Below are positions 40,287 through 51,078 of a DNA stretch of 64,000 nucleotides, piece after piece. The stretch is from Parvibaculum sp. (GTDB lineage Bacteria > Pseudomonadota > Alphaproteobacteria > Parvibaculales > Parvibaculaceae): assembly GCF_019635935.1 (NCBI RefSeq), contig NZ_JAHBYN010000001.1, positions 2,507,532-2,571,531 of the forward strand. The letters run 5' to 3'. Under the pieces are notes generated by a model. The model searched no databases. It was not told the origin of the DNA and worked only from the letters and a program-made list of their open reading frames with translations. How positions within the stretch are numbered: position 1 is the first letter of the stretch; each line of letters opens with the position of its first letter. Both the position numbers and the translations under genes were made by a program.

Positions 40287-41363
40287 TCAGCCCACGGAAT
40301 GATCGTTGCGAAGCCCGAGCATCGCCACGTCGCTCCATTTCGACCAGGCGCGGGCATGGTCAAGCGCCCGGCCGTAAGAGGCCGCGACCCGGCCCGCAAG
40401 GTCGCTGCTCGCGGCAAGTTCGGCGAGCACGGCGCGCGCCGCCTCGGCCATCGCTTCCGCGACCGGCTCCGGCCAGGTCCTGAGCTCCGTGCCGCCGGCC
40501 GCAACCAGTCCGGCAAAGGCTTCGGCGTTGTGGAAGGTGAAGTCGGCCAGCGTTTCGGCGGCGCTCGCCATCGCCGCGCCGCGCACGATGTCCTTGAGGT
40601 CCGGCGCGAGGCTCTCGAACTTCGCCCTGTTGACCGCGAGCTCCAGCGCCGGCCCCGCTTCGTGGAAGGCCGGCAGATAATAGTAGCGCGCGGCCTTGTT
40701 GAGCCCGAAGGCGATGTCGTTCCACGGGCCGACCCATTCGGCCGCGTCTATCGTGTTGTTCTTCATCGCGGTGAAAATTTCGCCGGGCGGCGTCAGCACG
40801 ACGCTGGCGCCGAGCCTGCGCATCACCTCGCCGCCGAGCCCGGCGATGCGGAACTTCAACCCCTTGAGATCGTCGAGCGAATTGACTTCCTTGCGGAACC
40901 ACCCGCCTGCCTGCACGCCGCTCGACCCGGCGTAAAAAGGCACCACGCCGAAGGGCGCATAGGCTTCTTCCCAAAGGGCCTGTCCGCCGCCGAATTGCAG
41001 CCAGCCGGCCATTTCCGGCGCCATCATGCCGAATGGCACGCCGGTGAAATAGTGGAAGACCGGGTTCTTGCCCTGCCAGTAATAGGGCGTGCCGTGCCCC
41101 ATTTCGCAGGTGCCTTGCGACACGGCGTCGAAGACCTCGAAGGGCGGCACAAGCTCGCCCGCGCCGAAAAGCTTCACCGTCAGCCGCCCGCCCGACATCG
41201 CGCCGATCCGGTCGGCGAGCCGTTGCGCGTTGACGCCGACGCCCGGCGCGCCCTTCGGCCAGGCCGTCGCCATCTTCCATTCGATGGCGCCGTCGGCCCG
41301 TGCCAGTGCCGGCATGGCCAGCGCGCCGGCGGCTGCGCCGCCGATAAATTCTCTGCGTTTCAT
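40287..41363 (-). CDS. TRAP transporter substrate-binding protein (DctP/TakP type), Tat signal
   Basis: RREFI twin-Arg; WKMATAWP, GELVPPFEVFDAVSQG, GLKFRIAGLGG, AAEWVGPWND. Confidence 0.92.
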   Translation of the reverse strand: MKRREFIGGAAAGALAMPALARADGAIEWKMATAWPKGAPGVGVNAQRLADRIGAMSGGRLTVKLFGAGELVPPFEVFDAVSQGTCEMGHGTPYYWQGKNPVFHYFTGVPFGMMAPEMAGWLQFGGGQALWEEAYAPFGVVPFYAGSSGVQAGGWFRKEVNSLDDLKGLKFRIAGLGGEVMRRLGASVVLTPPGEIFTAMKNNTIDAAEWVGPWNDIAFGLNKAARYYYLPAFHEAGPALELAVNRAKFESLAPDLKDIVRGAAMASAAETLADFTFHNAEAFAGLVAAGGTELRTWPEPVAEAMAEAARAVLAELAASSDLAGRVAASYGRALDHARAWSKWSDVAMLGLRNDHSVG

Positions 41364-41430
41364 GATGCTGCTTCCCCGAAATTCGCTCGCGCGAGCATCT
41401 CACCTCGAAGGCCCGCCCCGCAATGGGCCG

Positions 41431-41991
41431 TCAGTTCCCGGCGAACACCTGCACGGCGATGATCCGCGTTCCCGCCCGCCCGATGCCGACGCCGCTGCGC
41501 GTCGCCTCTGCCGCCTGCATGTTCTGCCGGTGCTGCGGGCTCTGCGCCCATTTCTCGACCATGAGCTTCGCCAGCGCCGCATCGCTCATCGCGGCGTAGC
41601 TGGGCCCATCCACCACCTGGACGTTTTCCGAGATGCGGGCGTTGAAGTTCTTGTCGACCGCCAGCACCCGTTCGCGCGGGCCCTGACCTTCCGGGTTGTG
41701 ATGGCCGAAATAGCCGCGCAGCGCCATGTCGGCGGCATGGACGGCGGCGGCGCGCTGCAGCGTCGCATCGGTCGCAAGCGGGCCCGCACCGCGCGTCTTG
41801 CGCCAGTCGTTGACGGCCATCGTCACGGCGCGGCCGAGCGGTGTGTCGGCCTCGGCCGCGGCGCTGGCGGCGGCCGGCAAGCTTGCGGTGCTGACATTGA
41901 CCGGCGGCTGTTCCCGCATCGGACCGGGCGCACAGGCCGCCAGCATCGAAATCGCCGCGAGGGCTGCAATCGGGAGCCTTGTCGGTCGCAT
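41431..41991 (-). CDS. CAP/SCP domain lipoprotein
   Basis: Lipobox LAAC; HAADMA…FGH, ENV, WAQSPQHRQNM; GGAGG RBS. Confidence 0.88.
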   Translation of the reverse strand: MRPTRLPIAALAAISMLAACAPGPMREQPPVNVSTASLPAAASAAAEADTPLGRAVTMAVNDWRKTRGAGPLATDATLQRAAAVHAADMALRGYFGHHNPEGQGPRERVLAVDKNFNARISENVQVVDGPSYAAMSDAALAKLMVEKWAQSPQHRQNMQAAEATRSGVGIGRAGTRIIAVQVFAGN

Positions 41992-42049
41992 GTCATGCCT
42001 CCGTGCCGTTCGCCGCGACCATATCAGATCGTCCCGCCGCCGACTCTTC

Positions 42050-42078
42050 TTGACGCTTACGTCAACGTAAACTAGAGT
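42050..42078 (+). promoter_or_regulatory. sigma70 promoter (TTGACG-N17-TAGAGT) with two overlapping LiuR-type palindromes
   Basis: TTGACG-CTTA-CGTCAA (42050-65) and TTACG-TCAA-CGTAA (42057-70) upstream of a MerR/LiuR gene. Confidence 0.75.
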
Positions 42079-42143
42079 CCGGTCCAATTCAGAAAAACGG
42101 CTGAAAACAGCCAAAAATTCCGCATTCAGGGAGCGATCATCTC

Positions 42144-42653
42144 ATGGACCAGCAGCTTCACAGCGCCATCGAGGCGCCCCGCCGCAACAGCCGCGATGCC
42201 GCCGGCGAGACCTTCTCGATCACCCAGCTCGCCGAGGAATTCGGCCTGACGACCCGCGCCATCCGCTTCTATGAAGACAAGGGACTGCTGTCGCCCGAGC
42301 GCCGCGGCCAGACCCGCGTCTATCACCCGCGCGACCGCGCGCGCCTGACGCTGATCGTGCGCGGCAAGAACGTCGGGCTGGCGCTGGCCGAGATCAAGGA
42401 AATCCTGAGCCACTACGACCAGGAAGACGGTTGCGTGACGCAAAACCGCGTCGCCATCGGCAAGTTCCGCCGCCGCATCGAAAGCCTCAAGGAGCAGCGC
42501 CGCGAGATCGACCTCCAGATCAAGACGCTGGAAGAGAGCTGTGCCCGCCTTGAGGCGCAGATCGCCGCCAGCGAAAAGCGCGACCGGGCCGAAAAGAAGC
42601 TCGTCGCCTCCGAAGCGGCGAAGACGAAAAAGCCGGAAAAGGCTATCGTCTGA
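42144..42653 (+). CDS. liuR: MerR family regulator, LiuR-like
   Basis: [32 protein letters not shown]…YHPRDRARL. Confidence 0.85.
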   Translation: MDQQLHSAIEAPRRNSRDAAGETFSITQLAEEFGLTTRAIRFYEDKGLLSPERRGQTRVYHPRDRARLTLIVRGKNVGLALAEIKEILSHYDQEDGCVTQNRVAIGKFRRRIESLKEQRREIDLQIKTLEESCARLEAQIAASEKRDRAEKKLVASEAAKTKKPEKAIV

Positions 42654-42705
42654 GGCTTGGCGCGGCCGGCAAGAACCGGCCCCGCAAACCCGCCGGAGGA
42701 AACCC

Positions 42706-44499
42706 ATGCCGACCTACAAAGCGCCGCTGCGCGAATACCGCTTTCTGCTGAACGAGTTGCTGAACTTCTCGCAATATGGCGACCTGCCGGGCTTTGCCGA
42801 TGCGCCGGCCGATCTCGTCGACGCCATTCTCGAGGAAGCCGGCAAGCTCACCGAGGAAGTTCTGCAGCCGCTGAACCAGATCGGCGACCGCGAAGGCTGC
42901 AAGCTCGAAAACGGCGTGGTGACGACGCCCACGGGCTTCAAGGAAGCTTACAAGCTGCTGGTCGATGGCGGCTGGCCGGCGCTTGTGGCCGACACGGAAT
43001 ATGGCGGGCAGGGGCTCCCGAACGCGCTCGGCGTCATCTTCAACGAAATGGTCTCGTCGGCCAATATGGCCTTCGGCATGTATCCGGGCCTCAGCCACGG
43101 CGCATACTCCGCGCTTTCGCAGCACGGCACCGACGAACAGAAAAAGAAATATCTGCCCAAGCTCGTGACCGGCGAATGGACCGGCACGATGAACCTGACC
43201 GAACCGCATTGCGGCACCGATCTCGGCCTGTTGCGTTCGAAGGCCGTGCCGGTCGGCGACGGTTCCTACAAGATCAGCGGCCAGAAGATTTTCATCTCGG
43301 CCGGCGACCACGACCTTGCCGACAACATTCTGCATCTGGTGTTGGCGCGCATCGAAGGCGCGCCCGCCGGCGTCAAGGGCATCTCGCTCTTCCTGGTGCC
43401 GAAATTCCTGGTCAATGACGACGGCTCGCTCGGAAACCGCAACGGCGTCTCGGTCGGCTCGCTCGAAGAGAAAATGGGCATCCACGGCAACGCGACCTGC
43501 GTGCTGAACTACGACGAGGCGATCGGCTGGCTGGTCGGCGAGGAGCACAAGGGCCTGCGCGCCATGTTCACGATGATGAACGAAGCGCGCCTCGGCGTCG
43601 GCCTGCAGGGCCTCTCGCAATCCGAAGTCGCATACCAGAATGCGGTCACCTATGCGCTGGAACGCCTGCAGGGTCGTTCGCTCACGGGCCCGAAAGCCGA
43701 AGACAAGCCCGCCGATCCGCTGATCGTCCATCCCGACATCCGCCGCATGCTGCTCAACGCCAAATCCTTCAACGAAGGCGCCCGCGCGCTTCTGGTCTGG
43801 ACGGCGCTGCATGGCGATCTTTCGCACCGTTCCAACGACGAAAAGACCCGCGAATTCGGCGACGACATGATGTCGCTGCTGACGCCGGTGTTGAAAGGCT
43901 ACTTCACCGATCGCGGTTTCGCCCATGCGGTCGATGCGCAGCAGGTCTATGGCGGCCACGGCTATATCGACGAATGGGGCATGGGCCAGTTCGTGCGCGA
44001 TGCCCGCATCGCCATGATCTATGAAGGCGCCAACGGCGTGCAGGCGCTCGATCTCGTCGGCCGCAAGCTGGCGCAGAATGGCGGCCGCGGCGTCTTCGCC
44101 TTCTTCAAGACCATCGACGATTTCATCGCCGCCAACAAGGCGAACGCCGATCTGAAGCCTTTCCTCGATCCGCTCGCCGCCGCGCGCAAGGACCTCGAAA
44201 CGGCGACCATGTGGTTCATGGAAAACGCGCTTGTAAATCCCGATCACGCCGGCGCCGGCTCGACGCCCTACATGCATCTCTTCGGCATCACCGGCCTTGC
44301 CTTCATGTGGGCGATGATGGCGAAGGTTTCGCTCGAAAAGCTCGCCGCCCAAAGTGAGGGCGACAGGGCCTGGTACGAAACGAAAATCAAGACCGGCCGC
44401 TTCTACATGGAACATGTGGTGCCCGAAACGGCGACGCATCTCGCGCGCATCCGCCACGGCGCCGATCCCATGATGGCGATGGCCGCCAACGAATTCTGA
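42706..44499 (+). CDS. Acyl-CoA dehydrogenase (long form, FadE-like)
   Basis: [35 protein letters not shown]. Confidence 0.93.
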   Translation: MPTYKAPLREYRFLLNELLNFSQYGDLPGFADAPADLVDAILEEAGKLTEEVLQPLNQIGDREGCKLENGVVTTPTGFKEAYKLLVDGGWPALVADTEYGGQGLPNALGVIFNEMVSSANMAFGMYPGLSHGAYSALSQHGTDEQKKKYLPKLVTGEWTGTMNLTEPHCGTDLGLLRSKAVPVGDGSYKISGQKIFISAGDHDLADNILHLVLARIEGAPAGVKGISLFLVPKFLVNDDGSLGNRNGVSVGSLEEKMGIHGNATCVLNYDEAIGWLVGEEHKGLRAMFTMMNEARLGVGLQGLSQSEVAYQNAVTYALERLQGRSLTGPKAEDKPADPLIVHPDIRRMLLNAKSFNEGARALLVWTALHGDLSHRSNDEKTREFGDDMMSLLTPVLKGYFTDRGFAHAVDAQQVYGGHGYIDEWGMGQFVRDARIAMIYEGANGVQALDLVGRKLAQNGGRGVFAFFKTIDDFIAANKANADLKPFLDPLAAARKDLETATMWFMENALVNPDHAGAGSTPYMHLFGITGLAFMWAMMAKVSLEKLAAQSEGDRAWYETKIKTGRFYMEHVVPETATHLARIRHGADPMMAMAANEF

Positions 44500-44524
44500 A
44501 TGTCGAAGACAGGGAGCACGACGA

Positions 44525-45682
44525 ATGAGTCTGAATGCCGGTTACAAATCGCCTTGGCTGAACGAGGAACTTGAAATCCTCCAGGGCGCGGTCGCCAAGT
44601 TCTATGAAAGGGAATTCCAGCCGCATGTCGAGCGCTGGGAGGACCAGGGCTGCGTCGATCGCGACGCCTGGCTGAAGGCGGGCGAAGCCGGTATTCTCTG
44701 CGCGTCGATCAAGGAGGAATACGGCGGCGGCGGCGGCAATTTCGCCCATGAAATGGTGATCGCCGAAGAGCAGGGCCGCGCCGGCATTTCCGGCTTCGGC
44801 AACTCCGTGCATTCGGGCATCGTCGCCCACTACATCCAGTCCTACGGCACCGAGGATCAGAAGAAGAAGTGGCTGCCGAAAATGGCGTCGGGCGAAATCG
44901 TCGGCGCCATCGCGATGACCGAACCCGGCACCGGCTCCGATCTGCAGGGCGTCAAGACGACGGCGAAGAAGTCCGGCAACCAGTATGTGGTCAACGGCCA
45001 GAAGACCTTCATCACCAACGGCCAGCAGGCAAACCTCATTTGCGTCGTCGCCAAGACCGATCCGGCCGGCGGCGCTAAGGGCACCTCGCTGATCATGGTC
45101 GAAACCGACGAGGCCGAAGGCTTCCGCCGCGGCCGCAACCTGAAGAAGATGGGCCAGAAGGCGCAGGACACGTCCGAGCTTTTCTTCGACGAAGTGAAAG
45201 TGCCGACCTCGAACCTGCTCGGCACCGAGGAAGGCAAGGGCTTCTTCCAGTTGATGCAGCAGTTGCCGCAGGAACGCCTCATTATTTCGGTGCAGGCCTG
45301 CGTCGCGATGGAAATGGCGCTGAAATACACGACCGACTATGTGAAGGAGCGCACCGCCTTCGGCCAGCGCATCCTCGATTTCCAGAACACGCAGTTCAAG
45401 CTCGCCGAATGCAAGACCGAAGCGACCATCGCCCGCGTCTTTGTCGACGACTGCGCGGTGAAGCTTCTCGACGGCAAGCTCGACGCCACGACAGCCGCCA
45501 TGGCCAAGTGGTGGACGACGCAGAAGGAAAACGAAATCATCGACACCTGTCTGCAGTTCTTCGGCGGCTATGGCTACATGATGGAATATCCGATCGCCAA
45601 GCTCTACACGAATGCCCGCATCCAGAAGATCTACGGCGGCACCAACGAAATCATGAAAATGCTGGTCGCCCGCACGCTCTGA
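44525..45682 (+). CDS. Acyl-CoA dehydrogenase (LCAD-type catalytic Glu)
   Basis: [30 protein letters not shown]. Confidence 0.93.
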   Translation: MSLNAGYKSPWLNEELEILQGAVAKFYEREFQPHVERWEDQGCVDRDAWLKAGEAGILCASIKEEYGGGGGNFAHEMVIAEEQGRAGISGFGNSVHSGIVAHYIQSYGTEDQKKKWLPKMASGEIVGAIAMTEPGTGSDLQGVKTTAKKSGNQYVVNGQKTFITNGQQANLICVVAKTDPAGGAKGTSLIMVETDEAEGFRRGRNLKKMGQKAQDTSELFFDEVKVPTSNLLGTEEGKGFFQLMQQLPQERLIISVQACVAMEMALKYTTDYVKERTAFGQRILDFQNTQFKLAECKTEATIARVFVDDCAVKLLDGKLDATTAAMAKWWTTQKENEIIDTCLQFFGGYGYMMEYPIAKLYTNARIQKIYGGTNEIMKMLVARTL

Positions 45683-45728
45683 CGCGGCGCCGGAAATACG
45701 AAAACAATTTCCCCCAGGGAGACATCCA

Positions 45729-46934
45729 ATGACCGAATGTTTTGTCTACGACACCGTGCGCACGCCGCGCGGCAAGGGCAAGAAGGACGGCGCGCTGCAC
45801 GAAGTGACCGCGCTCGAACTCTCGACCCAGACCTTGAAAGCGATCCGCGACCGCAACGGCCTCGACACCTCGAAGGTCGACGACGTCGTGCTCGGCTGCG
45901 TCGACCCCGTCGGCGAGCAGGGCGGCGACATTGCCCGCATCGCCGTGCTGAATGCCGACTACGCGCAGACGACCGCCGGCGTGCAGATCAACCGCTTCTG
46001 CGCCTCCGGCCTCGAAGCGACCAACATGGCGGCCGCCAAGGTCATGTCCGGCGAAGCCGATATGGCGATCGGTGGCGGCGTCGAGTCGATGTCGCGCGTC
46101 GGCATGGGCGCGTCGGGCGGCGCCTGGTCGTCCGATCCCAACATCGCCTTCAAGTCCTATTTCACGCCGCAGGGGATCGGCGCCGATCTCGTCTGCACCA
46201 AATACGGCTTCACCCGCACCGATGTCGACGCTTATGCGGTCGAAAGCCAGAAACGCGCGAAGAATGCCTGGGACAAGGGCTATTTTGCGAAGTCCGTCAT
46301 CCCGGTGAAGGACATCAACGGCCTCACCATTCTCGATCACGACGAGCACATGCGCCCCGAGGCGACCATGCAGTCGCTGGCCGCGCTGCAGCCTTCCTTC
46401 GCCTCGCTTGGCGAGTTTGCCTTCGATGGCATCGCGCTCGACCGCTACCCGGAAGTCGAAGAGATCGTCCATGTCCATCACGCCGGCAATTCGTCCGGCA
46501 TCGTCGATGGCGCGTCCGCCGTTCTCGTCGGCAATGCGGCCACCGGCAAGGGCATGGGCCTGAAGCCGCGCGCCCGCATCCGCGCCATGGCCTCGATCGG
46601 TTCGGAGCCCTGCATCATGTTGACGGGCCCGGCCGATGTGTCGCGCAAGGTGCTGGCCAAGGCCGGCATGAAGCCCGAGGACATCGACCTCTATGAGCTG
46701 AACGAAGCCTTCGCCTCCGTCGTGTTGCGCATGATGCAGGCGCTCGACATTCCGCACGAAAAGATGAACGTCAATGGCGGCGCCATCGCGATGGGCCATC
46801 CGCTCGGCGCCACCGGCGGCATGATCCTCGGCACCGTGCTCGACGAGCTCGAACGCCGCGATCTCAACACCGCCCTCATCACGCTCTGCGTCGGCGCGGG
46901 CATGGGCACCGCCACCATCATCGAACGCGTGTGA
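45729..46934 (+). CDS. Acetyl-CoA C-acyltransferase (thiolase)
   Basis: [34 protein letters not shown]. Confidence 0.95.
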   Translation: MTECFVYDTVRTPRGKGKKDGALHEVTALELSTQTLKAIRDRNGLDTSKVDDVVLGCVDPVGEQGGDIARIAVLNADYAQTTAGVQINRFCASGLEATNMAAAKVMSGEADMAIGGGVESMSRVGMGASGGAWSSDPNIAFKSYFTPQGIGADLVCTKYGFTRTDVDAYAVESQKRAKNAWDKGYFAKSVIPVKDINGLTILDHDEHMRPEATMQSLAALQPSFASLGEFAFDGIALDRYPEVEEIVHVHHAGNSSGIVDGASAVLVGNAATGKGMGLKPRARIRAMASIGSEPCIMLTGPADVSRKVLAKAGMKPEDIDLYELNEAFASVVLRMMQALDIPHEKMNVNGGAIAMGHPLGATGGMILGTVLDELERRDLNTALITLCVGAGMGTATIIERV

Positions 46935-46941
46935 GGCGACA

Positions 46942-49197
46942 ATGACCACGTATGAAAACTTCAAATTCGACGTCGACGCCGACGGCATCGCCCTCGTCAC
47001 CTGGGACATGCCCGGCCGTTCGATGAACGTGCTTTCGCAAAGCTCGATGGCCGACATGGCCGCGATCATCGAAAAGATCATGTCCGACGACGCCATCAAG
47101 GGCGCCGTGCTGACCTCCGGCAAGGACGCCTTCTGCGCCGGCGCCGATCTTTCGATGATGGGCGGTCAGGCCGGCGGCGGTTCCGGCGGCGGTTCGCAGG
47201 AAGAGCGCGTCAAGGCGATGTATGAGGGCAACCTCAAATTCAACATGCTGCTGCGCTCGCTCGAAACCTGCGGCAAGCCCGTGGTCGCCGCAATCAACGG
47301 CACGGCGCTGGGCGGCGGCCTCGAAGTCACGCTCGCCTGCCACTACCGCGTCGCGTCGGACAATCCGAAAACGCAGATCGGCCTCCCCGAAGCGAAGGTC
47401 GGTCTCCTGCCCGGCGGCGGCGGCACGCAGCGCCTGCCGCGTCTCATCGGCGCGCAGGCCGCACTGCCGCTGATCCTGCAAGGCACCTCGCTCGATCCGC
47501 AAAAGGCATTGAAGGCCGGCATCGTCCACAAGGTCGTGCCCGCCGCCGAACTGATCGCGGCCGCCAAGGCGTGGCTGAAGGAAGGCCTCGCCCAGCCGAA
47601 AGTGAAACTCGGCAAGAAAGGCCCGGAAGTTTATGCCATCGCCATCCAGCCCTGGGACCGCGAAGGCTACAAGGTGCCGGGCGGCGATCCGCATTCGAAG
47701 GGCGGTGGTCAGGTCTTCACCATCGGCAACGCGACGTTGCACAAGCAGACGCATGGCAATTTCCCGGCGCAGAAATTCATCATGTCCTGCGTCTATGAAG
47801 GCCTGCAGGTGCCGATCGAGGCGGGCTTGCGCATCGAGACGCGCTACTTCACCAAGCTGCTGATGGACCCGCGTTCGAAGGCGATGATCCGTTCGCTCTT
47901 CCTCTCGATGCAGGAACTGGCGAAAGGCGCGCGCCGCCCGGCGGGCATCGCGCCCTTCCAGGTGAAGAAGCTCGGCATACTCGGCGCCGGCATGATGGGC
48001 GCCGGCATCGCTTACGTCTCGGCGCAGGCCGGAATGGAAGTGGTGCTTCTCGATACCGATCAGGCGAATGCCGAAAAGGGCAAGGCCTATTCGGAGAAGC
48101 TGCTGGCGAAGGCGCTCGAACGCGGCAAGACCACGCAGGAGAAGGCCGACAAGCTGCTCGGCCTCATCAAGCCGACGACGAATTACGACGACCTCAAAGG
48201 CGCCGATCTCGTCATCGAAGCGGTCTTCGAAAGCCGCGACATCAAGGCCGAAGTGACGAAGAAGGCCGAACCGATGCTCGCCGCCGGCGGCATCTACGGC
48301 TCCAACACCTCGACGCTGCCGATCACCGGCCTTGCCGAAGCCGCCGCCAAGCCGGACAACTTCATCGGCATCCATTTCTTCTCGCCCGTCGACAAGATGC
48401 AGCTTGTCGAAATCATCATGGGCAAGAAGACGAGCGACGAGACGCTCGCCAAGGCGATGGATTACGTGAAGCAGATCCGCAAGACGCCGATCGTCGTCAA
48501 CGACTCCAGAGGCTTCTACACCTCGCGTTGCTTCGGCACCTATGTCGGCGAAGGTCTCGCGATGCTGGGCGAAGGCGTGCCCCCCGCGATGATCGAGAAT
48601 GTCGGCCGCATGACCAGCATGCCGATGGCGCCGCTCGCCTTGAACGACGAAGTCTCGCTCGACCTCGCCTACAAGGTGCGCGAGCAGACGAAGAAGGACC
48701 TCGGCGACAAATATGTCGGCTCGCCTGCCGACGATCTCGTCAAGAAGATGGTGGTGGACCTCGGCCGCGTCGGCAAGAAGGCCGGCAAGGGTTTCTACGA
48801 CTATCCCGCTGACGGCAAGAAGAAGCTCTGGCCGGGCCTCGCCGATCTCGTCGGCAAAGCCCAAAACCCCGACGACCTCGATGTGCAGGAGCTGAAAAAC
48901 CGCTTCCTCTACATTCAGGCGCTGGAAGCGGCGCGCTGCTTCGAGGAAGGCGTGGTAACGGACGTGCGCGACGCCGATGTCGGTGCGATCCTCGGCTGGG
49001 GCTTCGCGCCCTGGGCCGGCGGCCCGCTGTCGCTGATCGACATGGTGGGCACGGCAGCCTTTGTCGAAGCCTGCGACAAGCTCGCCCAGAAATACGGGCC
49101 CCGCTTCACGCCGTCGAAGCTGCTGCGCGACATGGCCTCGAAGGGCGAAACCTTCTATGGCCGCTTCGCCCCCAACAAGGAGAAGGCGGCGGCCTGA
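46942..49197 (+). CDS. fadJ: Fatty-acid oxidation complex alpha subunit (enoyl-CoA hydratase / 3-hydroxyacyl-CoA dehydrogenase)
   Basis: GGGLE and GLPEAKVGLLPG crotonase motifs; GAGMMG, SNTSTLPI, HFFSPV. Confidence 0.93.
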   Translation: MTTYENFKFDVDADGIALVTWDMPGRSMNVLSQSSMADMAAIIEKIMSDDAIKGAVLTSGKDAFCAGADLSMMGGQAGGGSGGGSQEERVKAMYEGNLKFNMLLRSLETCGKPVVAAINGTALGGGLEVTLACHYRVASDNPKTQIGLPEAKVGLLPGGGGTQRLPRLIGAQAALPLILQGTSLDPQKALKAGIVHKVVPAAELIAAAKAWLKEGLAQPKVKLGKKGPEVYAIAIQPWDREGYKVPGGDPHSKGGGQVFTIGNATLHKQTHGNFPAQKFIMSCVYEGLQVPIEAGLRIETRYFTKLLMDPRSKAMIRSLFLSMQELAKGARRPAGIAPFQVKKLGILGAGMMGAGIAYVSAQAGMEVVLLDTDQANAEKGKAYSEKLLAKALERGKTTQEKADKLLGLIKPTTNYDDLKGADLVIEAVFESRDIKAEVTKKAEPMLAAGGIYGSNTSTLPITGLAEAAAKPDNFIGIHFFSPVDKMQLVEIIMGKKTSDETLAKAMDYVKQIRKTPIVVNDSRGFYTSRCFGTYVGEGLAMLGEGVPPAMIENVGRMTSMPMAPLALNDEVSLDLAYKVREQTKKDLGDKYVGSPADDLVKKMVVDLGRVGKKAGKGFYDYPADGKKKLWPGLADLVGKAQNPDDLDVQELKNRFLYIQALEAARCFEEGVVTDVRDADVGAILGWGFAPWAGGPLSLIDMVGTAAFVEACDKLAQKYGPRFTPSKLLRDMASKGETFYGRFAPNKEKAAA

Positions 49198-49222
49198 TCC
49201 GCCGCACGGCCCAACAAAAACG

Positions 49223-49257
49223 GAAGCCCCGCCCCGAAAGGGACGGGGCTTTCTTTT
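49223..49257 (+). terminator. Rho-independent terminator after fadJ
   Basis: GAAGCCCCG…CGGGGCTTTC stem with GAAA loop, followed by TTTT. Confidence 0.8.
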
Positions 49258-49326
49258 GGCCGCTTTGGCAGAAATTGCGTGTCGTTTGTCATTTCCGCCA
49301 GCCGCCCCCGGGCCTAGTCTGGCCCC

Positions 49327-50415
49327 ATGACCGCTGCCGCCAAGCCAAAGCCCCGCAGATCCGCCCCGGCCCCCCGCCGGGTGATGATGCTCGCCTATGC
49401 CGACGCCCAGATTCTCGACATCGCCGGCCCCTTGCAAATCTTGAGCACAGCGCTGCTGCCCGATGGCCGCCCGGCCTATGCGATCGAACTCGTATCCGCC
49501 GATCCCGGCCCGGTCATGACGACAAGCGGCCTTGTACTGCACGCCAGCCGCGCCATGGCCGATGTGCCGCCGCGCGATCTGGCGGCGCTCGATGTCTTGA
49601 TGGTGACGGGCGGCCTCGGCTCGCGCGACGCGATGGAAGACGAGCGCCTGCTGGCTTTCGTCCGCAAGGCCGCCGCGCCCGCCGGCCGCGTCGTCTCGAT
49701 TTGCACCGGCGCCGTCATCCTCGCCGCCGCCGGCCTGCTGGATGGCCGCCGCGCCACGACCCATTGGGCCTATGCGCCGATCATGCGCAAGCGCTTCCCC
49801 GCCGTCACGGTGGAAGAAGATGCGATCTATGTGCGCGACGGCAAGTTCTGGACAAGCGCGGGCGTCACCGCCGGCATGGACCTCGCGCTGGCGCTGGTCG
49901 AGGAGGATCTCGGCCGCGACATGGCGCTCACGCTTGCGCGTCATCATGTGATGTATCTGATGCGCCCCGGCGGCCAGTCGCAATTTTCGGCGCAGCTCGC
50001 CGCCCAGCGCATCGCCGACACGCGCCTTGCCCGCGTCTGCGCTTTCGTCATTGAAAATCCGTGTGCCGATCTTTCCGTGCCGGCGCTGGCGTCGCGCGCC
50101 GCCATGAGCGAACGCAGTTTCGCCCGCCGCTTCGCCGAGGAAACCGGCATCACCCCGGCGCAATTCGTCGAGCGCGCCCGCCTCGACGAAGCCTGCCGCC
50201 GCCTCGCCGACAGCGACATGCCGCTCGATGCCGTCTCGGCCGATGCCGGTTTCGGCGCCGCCGAGCGCATGCGCCGCGCCTTCATCCGCCACCTCGGCGT
50301 CACGCCCGGCCGCTACCGCGAAAGATTCCGCACCGCCCGGCGCGATCTTCTCCCCTCGCCGGAAACATCCGGGGTCCAACATCATTCACCCTCCGCACAG
50401 GACGCGCATGCATGA
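49327..50415 (+). CDS. GlxA family AraC regulator (DJ-1-like + HTH)
   Basis: SICTGA, ATTHW, WTSAGVTAGMDL, RPGGQSQFS, MSERSFARRF. Confidence 0.92.
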   Translation: MTAAAKPKPRRSAPAPRRVMMLAYADAQILDIAGPLQILSTALLPDGRPAYAIELVSADPGPVMTTSGLVLHASRAMADVPPRDLAALDVLMVTGGLGSRDAMEDERLLAFVRKAAAPAGRVVSICTGAVILAAAGLLDGRRATTHWAYAPIMRKRFPAVTVEEDAIYVRDGKFWTSAGVTAGMDLALALVEEDLGRDMALTLARHHVMYLMRPGGQSQFSAQLAAQRIADTRLARVCAFVIENPCADLSVPALASRAAMSERSFARRFAEETGITPAQFVERARLDEACRRLADSDMPLDAVSADAGFGAAERMRRAFIRHLGVTPGRYRERFRTARRDLLPSPETSGVQHHSPSAQDAHA

Positions 50416-51041
50416 CCGCCGCACCCGCAAGAAACCGCACCATCGGCATCCTGATTTTCGACGACGTCGAGGAGCTTGATTTCGTCGGCCCCTATGAAGT
50501 CTTCACCATGTCGAACGAGGCGCATGGGTTCGAGGGCCGCGAGCGTCCCGACACCGTATTGCTGATCTCGGAAACGGGCGGTTCCGTCACCGGCGCCAAG
50601 GGCATGCGCGTCGAAGCGCATGTGTCGATCGCCGATGCACCGAAGCTCGATCTGCTGCTGGTGCCGGGCGGGCAGGGCACGCGCCGCGAAGTCGAGAACG
50701 AAAAGCTGCTGGCATGGATCGCGCGCCAGGACACTGCCGAATGGGTAACAAGCGTCTGCACCGGCGCGTTGATCCTTTGCGCGGCCGGTGCGGCGAAGGG
50801 CAAGCGTGTCACCACCCATTGGGCTTTCATCGAGCAGCTCCGCAAGCGCGGCGAAGCATCGGAAGTGCTTGAAAACATCCGCTATGTTCGCGACGGCAAT
50901 GTCGTGACCGCCGCCGGCGTTTCGGCTGGCATCGACATGGCGCTCTGGCTCACCGGCCAGATGCACGGTGAAGCCCATGCGCGCCTGACGCAGCGCCTGA
51001 TGGAATACGACCCCGCGCCGCCCTATAGCGCCGCCGTCTGA
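50412..51041 (+). CDS. DJ-1/PfpI family protein (isonitrile-hydratase-like)
   Basis: EELDFVGPYEVF, VPGG, SVCTGA, AGVSAGIDM, EYDPAPP. Confidence 0.9.
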   Translation: MTAAPARNRTIGILIFDDVEELDFVGPYEVFTMSNEAHGFEGRERPDTVLLISETGGSVTGAKGMRVEAHVSIADAPKLDLLLVPGGQGTRREVENEKLLAWIARQDTAEWVTSVCTGALILCAAGAAKGKRVTTHWAFIEQLRKRGEASEVLENIRYVRDGNVVTAAGVSAGIDMALWLTGQMHGEAHARLTQRLMEYDPAPPYSAAV

Positions 51042-51078
51042 TTGCGCTATCCTCCCCCGAAACACCGGGGAGAGAAAA

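Noticed and set aside
46918-50385. 1155-aa minus ORF (longest in the track)
   Set aside because: Antisense shadow of fadJ and the GlxA regulator, with no recognisable motifs.
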